Positions 9,065-13,584 of a stretch of 13,584 nucleotides of DNA are shown in pieces (position 1 is the stretch's first letter; each line of letters starts with the position of its first letter). The position numbers and the translations under genes were made by a program. A model generated the notes under the pieces. It saw only the letters and a program-made list of their open reading frames with translations, was not told the origin of the DNA and did no database searches. This DNA is from Alteromonas naphthalenivorans (GTDB lineage Bacteria; Babelota; Babeliae; Babelales; CAIQNR01), in the NCBI GenBank assembly GCA_047631715.1, contig JBLICC010000022.1, positions 1-13,584 on the forward strand. The letters are read 5' to 3'.

Positions 9065-9637
9065 TTATAATCGAGTGATTTTTTTATATGCTCCATGTTT
9101 ATTAAGTAATGTAATTATTGCTCTATATGAATCAAGACTTCCGTCATCATCATGTTGTCCTGTTTCTAAAAGAAGTTTTTCAATATCTGCAAGAGCATAA
9201 AGAGCAACTCCTAGAGGAGTTATACTTGACTCTCCATTAAGGCTTACAGGGGTGTTAACGTCGGCATTTTTTGTAATAAGAAGTTGGGCTAGTTCTAAAT
9301 ATCCGGATTGAGCAGCAAGTGCTAAAGGGGTAACTATTTGAGTAGCATTAATAGGTATTTTTTTATTGGGGTCCATAGTGGTAGTAAATAATTTTTTTAA
9401 TTCTTTGATATCGTGTGTTAATAGAGCTGCTGCAAATTTATTATCATCTGATTGTTCAGTTTGTAAAAATTCTTCTAAGGTATCTTCTGCAATATCAAAT
9501 TTTTCTTTATTGAGTTTTGTTTGGCTTTCATCTGTAAATAAATCTTTCATAGCTTTATTTACAGCTTCAAGTTCTGGGTTTTCTGCACAAAAAATGGTTT
9601 GAGAAATTAAGAGAGAGAGTAAGAGTAGGTTTTTCAT
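9065..9637 (-). CDS. Secreted ankyrin-repeat protein (190 aa)
   Basis: Signal peptide MKNLLLLSLLISQTIFCA; AGGA RBS; ankyrin consensus TPLALAAQSGYLELAQLLITKNADVN; second TPLGVAL...LLNKHGA. Confidence 0.9.
   Translation of the reverse strand: MKNLLLLSLLISQTIFCAENPELEAVNKAMKDLFTDESQTKLNKEKFDIAEDTLEEFLQTEQSDDNKFAAALLTHDIKELKKLFTTTMDPNKKIPINATQIVTPLALAAQSGYLELAQLLITKNADVNTPVSLNGESSITPLGVALYALADIEKLLLETGQHDDDGSLDSYRAIITLLNKHGAYKKITRL
9585..9628. repeat. 44-bp perfect direct repeat, copy 2 (signal-peptide coding region)
   Basis: Identical to 8977-9020; offset 608 bp. Confidence 0.97.
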
Positions 9638-9658
9638 GAGTTTTCCTATTAAAATAAA

Positions 9659-11470
9659 TTATTTATTTTTCTCCAACAGTTTAACTTGTAGAATTAAAAA
9701 AGAAAGAGCAGCAGGGGTCATTCCAGAGATCAATCCTGCTTGGGCAATGGTTGCCGGACGAACGGTTGTAAGCTTTTGTTGTAGTTCTTTAGAGAGCCCT
9801 ATCATATTTATGTAATCAAATGCTTTTGGAAGAATCATAGTTTGATGTTTAACCAGCTTTTGAACTTCTCGCTCTTCGCGTGCTAAATAAGGCTCATACT
9901 TAATGTTTGCTTGAACTGTTTGGCATAAACGACCATGAAGTTTTTTACCAGTTAGTTTTTCTATTTTTGCTTGTGTATCAATGTTCTCGGTAAAAAGATC
10001 GAGTAGTTCAGCGTTCTTTGTGCTTGCACGTAGTTCTGCAATAGTTTCTAAGATAAGTTGTTCTTCTTCTAATACTTTTTTATAAAACTCGTCAGTAACT
10101 AAACCAACGGTATGAGCTTTTGGTGTAAGTCGAGCAAAAGCATTATCTTGTCTGAGCAATAATCTGCGCTCTGCACGTGAGGTAAACATACGATAAGGTT
10201 CATCGATGCTCAAAGTTGTAATGTCGTCAATCATCACACCGATATAACTTTCTGATCTACTGAGAGTAAATGCAGGTAAGTTCTGTGCAACTAAATGAGC
10301 ATTGGCTCCAGCCATTAATCCTTGACCTGCAGCTTCTTCGTATCCTGTGGTGCCATTAATTTGACCGGCTAAGAACAATCCTGGAGCAGATTTAACTTCA
10401 AGAGTGTGTTTTAGTTGATTTGGTAATACGATATCATATTCGATTGCATAACCTGGACGAACAATTTTTGCGTTTTCAAAACCTTTAATAGCTTGAATAT
10501 ATTTTTCTTGTGCATGCTCAGGAAGTGATGTAGAAATTCCGTTAGGATAGATCCAATCAGTATTGGCGCTTTCTGGCTCTACAAAAATTTGATGAGAAGA
10601 TTTATCAGGAAAGCGAATAACTTTATCTTCGATAGAAGGGCAGTAGCGTGGACCAGTCGACCCAATGTCTTTTCTTAGTATAGGTGATTCATCTGCATGT
10701 TTTTTAATAACATTATGGACGCTTTCATTCGTATGAGTGATATAGCATTCATGAGTATTTTTTACTATATGTGGTTCAAGTTCAAATAAAAAATCTAGAT
10801 CCTCAAGCTCTTGCCGGTCCATAACAGAAAAATCGATTGTAGATTTAAGTAATCGTGGGGGAGTTCCAGTTTTAAGGCGACTTGTTTTTAAGTTTAAATT
10901 TATTAAAGCTTTTGTAAGAGTGGTAACAGCGGGTTCGTCTTCTCTACCAGATGCATAGTTTTTGAGCCCTACATGAACGAGGCCGTTTAAAAACGTTCCG
11001 GTGGTCAATACTACAGTCGGACATTTTAAAATGGTGCCATCGTTAAGTTTTACACCAGTTACTCTTTGAGATTCATCAACTACAATATCATCAACCATTG
11101 CTTCAAGTATTGTTAAGTTTTCTGTTTGGTTTAGGGCTTTTTGAGATTCTTTTGCATAGGCTTCTTTATCGATTTGGAGTCGAAGGCCATGAACAGCAGG
11201 ACCTTTTTTTGTATTAAGCATGCGAGCTTGTAGATATGTTTTGGTGCAAAGTTTAGGCATCAAACCACCAAGGGCACTTATTTCAAAAACAATGTGTCCT
11301 TTGCCGATTCCACCAATTGCAGGGTTACATGGCATGTAGCCAATTTTATTTGCTTTGAGTGTAATGAGAGCAGTTTTTGAACCCATACGAGCAGCAGCAG
11401 AGGCTGCTTCTATTCCTGCGTGGCCACCACCAACAATAATGACATCAAATTTATTTGTGCTTGAGTTCAA
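9659..11470 (-). CDS. mnmG: tRNA uridine-5-carboxymethylaminomethyl(34) synthesis enzyme MnmG (GidA)
   Basis: DVIIVGGGHAG, MPCNPAIGGIGKG, RLKTGTPPRL, GPRYCPSIEDK, AGQINGTTGYEEAAGQG, EPYRMFTSRAE. Start placed at in-frame TTG 11470 (AAGGT RBS at 11481-11477), because the track's start at 11512 lies inside a terminator hairpin. Confidence 0.98.
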   Translation of the reverse strand: MNSSTNKFDVIIVGGGHAGIEAASAAARMGSKTALITLKANKIGYMPCNPAIGGIGKGHIVFEISALGGLMPKLCTKTYLQARMLNTKKGPAVHGLRLQIDKEAYAKESQKALNQTENLTILEAMVDDIVVDESQRVTGVKLNDGTILKCPTVVLTTGTFLNGLVHVGLKNYASGREDEPAVTTLTKALINLNLKTSRLKTGTPPRLLKSTIDFSVMDRQELEDLDFLFELEPHIVKNTHECYITHTNESVHNVIKKHADESPILRKDIGSTGPRYCPSIEDKVIRFPDKSSHQIFVEPESANTDWIYPNGISTSLPEHAQEKYIQAIKGFENAKIVRPGYAIEYDIVLPNQLKHTLEVKSAPGLFLAGQINGTTGYEEAAGQGLMAGANAHLVAQNLPAFTLSRSESYIGVMIDDITTLSIDEPYRMFTSRAERRLLLRQDNAFARLTPKAHTVGLVTDEFYKKVLEEEQLILETIAELRASTKNAELLDLFTENIDTQAKIEKLTGKKLHGRLCQTVQANIKYEPYLAREEREVQKLVKHQTMILPKAFDYINMIGLSKELQQKLTTVRPATIAQAGLISGMTPAALSFLILQVKLLEKNK

Positions 11471-11484
11471 TATAATACCTTTAT

Positions 11485-11531
11485 AAAAAAAGAAGATCCC
11501 CAGAATCATCAATAAGACAATCTAGGGATCT
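11485..11531 (-). terminator. Intrinsic terminator downstream of CDS 11624..12049 and just upstream of mnmG
   Basis: Minus strand AGATCCC-TAGATTGTC-TTATT-GATGATTCTG-GGGATCT followed by TCTTTTTTT. G-U pairs form only on the minus-strand transcript. Confidence 0.75.
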
Positions 11532-11560
11532 ATTTTACCCAATTAATAGGAGTTTCGCAA
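11532..11560 (-). promoter_or_regulatory. Putative sigma70 promoter for mnmG
   Basis: TTGCGA (11560-11555), 17-nt spacer, TAAAAT (11537-11532). Confidence 0.55.
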
Positions 11561-11590
11561 TGAGACTCCTACGTTCATCTTGCGATGAAC
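11547..11590. other. Two adjacent inverted repeats (structured intergenic element)
   Basis: taggagtttc-gcaat-gagactccta (11547-11571) and gttcatc-ttgc-gatgaac (11573-11590; GCAA tetraloop on the minus strand). Confidence 0.8.
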
Positions 11591-11623
11591 ACCTCCATTT
11601 CCGCCTTTATCAGACAAAAACTC

Positions 11624-12049
11624 TTAAAAACTAAACCATTTTTGTAACGTTTCTGCATGTTCTGAAAAAACAGTATATACAGTTGGTTGTATTTCTGTTG
11701 GTAATGCATAGTAAGCAGTATAAATATCTTCTTGGCTCTTTGCTAATTCAAGCTTTTCACCCACTATTTTATAGTCTTTAGTTGCATTTAAATTAAAAAT
11801 AAATGTTTCTTTAGATGATGCTGAAGTAACACATTTTTTGAGTAATTCTATGCCTTCTTCTGAACAACTTGCAGAAAAAAAAGAAAATATACTTAATAAT
11901 CTTCTTATCTTCTTAGAAATAAATGCTTTTTTGCATGTTATTGCAATCATGCATTTATCTAATATTGTTGTATCTGCTTGTAAGGAACTTGCAGAAAAAA
12001 GAGCTAATGTGCTTAATAATATCGTCAATTTAGTAGAATGTAATTTCAT
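11624..12049 (-). CDS. Hypothetical secreted protein (~141 aa) with internal 40-aa duplication
   Basis: ATG 12049 preceded by GGGG (preferred to TTG 12067); signal peptide MKLHSTKLTILLSTLALFSASSLQA. Confidence 0.75.
   Translation of the reverse strand: MKLHSTKLTILLSTLALFSASSLQADTTILDKCMIAITCKKAFISKKIRRLLSIFSFFSASCSEEGIELLKKCVTSASSKETFIFNLNATKDYKIVGEKLELAKSQEDIYTAYYALPTEIQPTVYTVFSEHAETLQKWFSF
11821..12020. repeat. Degenerate direct repeat with a 120-bp period
   Basis: 11821-11900 vs 11941-12020 match at 54/80 positions without gaps by hand count. The core 11866-11900 vs 11986-12020 matches 30/35, including an identical aacttgcagaaaaaa. Confidence 0.8.
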
Positions 12050-12099
12050 AATAAGTACCCCATTCAAGTAATGATTATATTGATCTATTCAAGTGTTAT

Positions 12100-12128
12100 A
12101 GATTACTAGAGTCTTAGAGGGAGTGCAA
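12100..12128 (-). promoter_or_regulatory. Putative sigma70 promoter for CDS 11624..12049
   Basis: TTGCAC (12128-12123), 17-nt spacer, TAATCT (12105-12100); same -35 hexamer as the promoter at 1672. Confidence 0.5.
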
Positions 12129-12146
12129 AGGCCCCCCTCCAATCTG

Positions 12147-12175
12147 TTGATTTAAGCGTGATATCCGTTTATTAT
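12147..12175 (+). promoter_or_regulatory. Putative sigma70 promoter for mraY
   Basis: TTGATT (12147-12152), 17-nt spacer, TATTAT (12170-12175). Confidence 0.55.
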
Positions 12176-12218
12176 TAAAAGCTGATTAACCTTAAATAAG
12201 CTCATTTGGAATTATACT

Positions 12219-13283
12219 ATGCTGTATCATATAGCCTGTTATCTTAAGCCTCATTTTTCAGCTTTAAACGTGATTCACTATATTAGCTTTAGGGCTATGG
12301 CGGCACTTTTAAGCTCATTAGCTTTTTCTCTCTGGTTTGGCCCTTGGTTTATTTCGCTTTCTCAACGGCTTTTTAGAGCTAAAGTAAGGCCTTTTACTCC
12401 AGAATCTCATCAAGCAAAAAACGATATGCCCACGATGGGTGGTATTTTTATTATAGGTATTGTTTTATTAACAGTGCTTTTATGGTGTAATCTTGCTCAA
12501 CCACAAATTTGGATTGCGCTTGCATGTCTTATAAGTTTTGCAGCAATTGGGTTGCTTGATGATGTTGCTAAGTTGACTGATAGTAAGGGGATTTCTTCTC
12601 GAACAAAATTTAGTCTTCAAATTATTGTATCTGCAGTTATTGCGTGTGCATGGATCTATTTTGTTGATCCGTCTACGCAATTAAGTTTTCCATTCTTTAA
12701 ACATATACATCCAGACTTGGGATGGTGGTTTATTCCGTGGGTTATGTTTGTATTAATTGGAACGAGTAATGCCGTTAACTTGACCGATGGGTTAGATGGT
12801 CTTGCTATCGGGTCTTTGATTTCTAATTTTGCAACGTTTGCTTTGATCTGTTATATCGCTGGCCATGGATTAATTTCGCACTATCTTAACATTCCCTTTG
12901 CGGGCACTGGAGAGATGGCTATTGTGGGAACTTCTTTGGTGGGGGCCTCATTAGGATTTTTATGGTATAACACCTATCCGGCACAAATTTTTATGGGTGA
13001 TGTAGGTTCTCTTGGTCTTGGTTCGGTATTAGCCTTTATGGCTCTTGCCAGTAAGCAAGAATTGTTATTGCCGATTGCTGGAGGCCTATTTGTGATCGAA
13101 ACATTATCGGTTATTGTGCAAGTACTTTCATTTAAATTTTTGGGTAGACGTATGTTTAGGATGGCACCTATTCATCATCACTTTGAATTGCAAGGTTGGC
13201 AAGAGTCAAAGATTACTGTGCGTTTTTGTATTATTTCTTTTGTACTTTGTTTAATCGCTTTGATGACTATCAAGTTGCGTTGA
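12219..13283 (+). CDS. mraY: Phospho-N-acetylmuramoyl-pentapeptide transferase
   Basis: YISFRA, PTMGG, GLLDD, SNAVNLTDGLDGL, IFMGDVGS, MAPIHHHFE. Confidence 0.98.
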   Translation: MLYHIACYLKPHFSALNVIHYISFRAMAALLSSLAFSLWFGPWFISLSQRLFRAKVRPFTPESHQAKNDMPTMGGIFIIGIVLLTVLLWCNLAQPQIWIALACLISFAAIGLLDDVAKLTDSKGISSRTKFSLQIIVSAVIACAWIYFVDPSTQLSFPFFKHIHPDLGWWFIPWVMFVLIGTSNAVNLTDGLDGLAIGSLISNFATFALICYIAGHGLISHYLNIPFAGTGEMAIVGTSLVGASLGFLWYNTYPAQIFMGDVGSLGLGSVLAFMALASKQELLLPIAGGLFVIETLSVIVQVLSFKFLGRRMFRMAPIHHHFELQGWQESKITVRFCIISFVLCLIALMTIKLR

Positions 13284-13583
13284 GCGTTTAGCAAGTAGAA
13301 AGAGTGTAATACCGATTATAAGAATTACGGCAAATCGTATGAGTGGACTTAAATTAGTAAAAATAAATCCTTGAAGACAAACAGCGAGTCCAATAAAGCA
13401 CGAGACTAGCCCCACTTTGCTAAGCATTGATCGTTCTGTTCTATATAAACTTATTATACTAATAGTATATGCGGTTAGGCAGCCTAAGGTGCTAGTGTAC
13501 TGTAGTGGAATCTGTGATCCATAAGAAAAAAATAAATGTAATAAACACAGAGCGCCTTCTATAAAAACACAAATATAGGGGAT
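13251..13583 (-). CDS. C-terminal 110 aa of a polytopic membrane protein, possibly an APC-family amino acid permease (5'-truncated)
   Basis: Not in the ORF track. Hand translation: IPYICVFIEGALCLLHLFFSYGSQIPLQYTSTLGCLTAYTISIISLYRTERSMLSKVGLVSCFIGLAVCLQGFIFTNLSPLIRFAVILIIGITLFLLAKRSTQLDSHQSD*, with four hydrophobic segments. Family assignment is tentative. Confidence 0.7.
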   Translation of the reverse strand: MPYICVFIEGALCLLHLFFSYGSQIPLQYTSTLGCLTAYTISIISLYRTERSMLSKVGLVSCFIGLAVCLQGFIFTNLSPLIRFAVILIIGITLFLLAKRSTQLDSHQSD

Positions 13584-13584
13584 C

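Noticed and set aside
8977..9628. The 44-bp repeats as a CRISPR array or IS/prophage attachment sites
   Set aside because: Only two copies, 608 bp apart, both in-frame coding; no cas, transposase or integrase gene in the window.
11471..11512. N-terminal extension MMILGIFFFYKGII of MnmG
   Set aside because: It is the translation of the terminator arm and T-tract; the downstream TTG has an RBS and fits the usual distance to the FAD-binding motif.
11535..11606. ZTP (pfl), THF or fluoride riboswitch upstream of mnmG
   Set aside because: GGCGGAA...hairpin...GGAG...TGGGTA superficially recalls ZTP, but GACTGGCG and the pseudoknot-forming CGCC before TGGG are missing. THF and fluoride consensus features are also absent.
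12062..12094. attcaagt direct repeat (12062-12069 and 12087-12094)
   Set aside because: An 8-bp AT-rich match is plausible by chance; no further support.
9366..12680. Track ORFs 9366..9602 (+), 11838..12071 (+), 12480..12680 (-)
   Set aside because: Antisense shadows of better-supported genes, with no recognisable motifs.

Overview
AT-rich bacterial chromosomal segment, almost entirely coding and mostly on the minus strand. Housekeeping genes (mnmG, lgt, dnaG, rpoD, a CNNM/HlyC-CorC transporter and a divergently transcribed stand-alone mraY) are interleaved with six genes for signal-peptide-bearing proteins, two of which carry ankyrin repeats. This mix suggests a host-associated or intracellular bacterium such as Candidatus Dependentiae/TM6 (inference only). 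Two CDSs are missing from the ORF track because they run off the window: a >538-aa secreted protein with a glycoside-hydrolase-like C-terminal half (<2..1615, minus) and the 3' end of a permease-like membrane protein (13251..>13583, minus). The most unusual signals are: (1) a perfect 44-bp direct repeat encoding only the signal peptide of two otherwise divergent ankyrin genes; (2) a gapless 120-bp-period duplication that gives a small secreted protein two tandem signal-peptide-like segments; (3) a three-hairpin element upstream of mnmG in which a terminator overlaps a sigma70 promoter; (4) an RpoD with a 111-aa Lys-rich N-terminal tail. I saw no rRNA, tRNA, CRISPR array or transposase.
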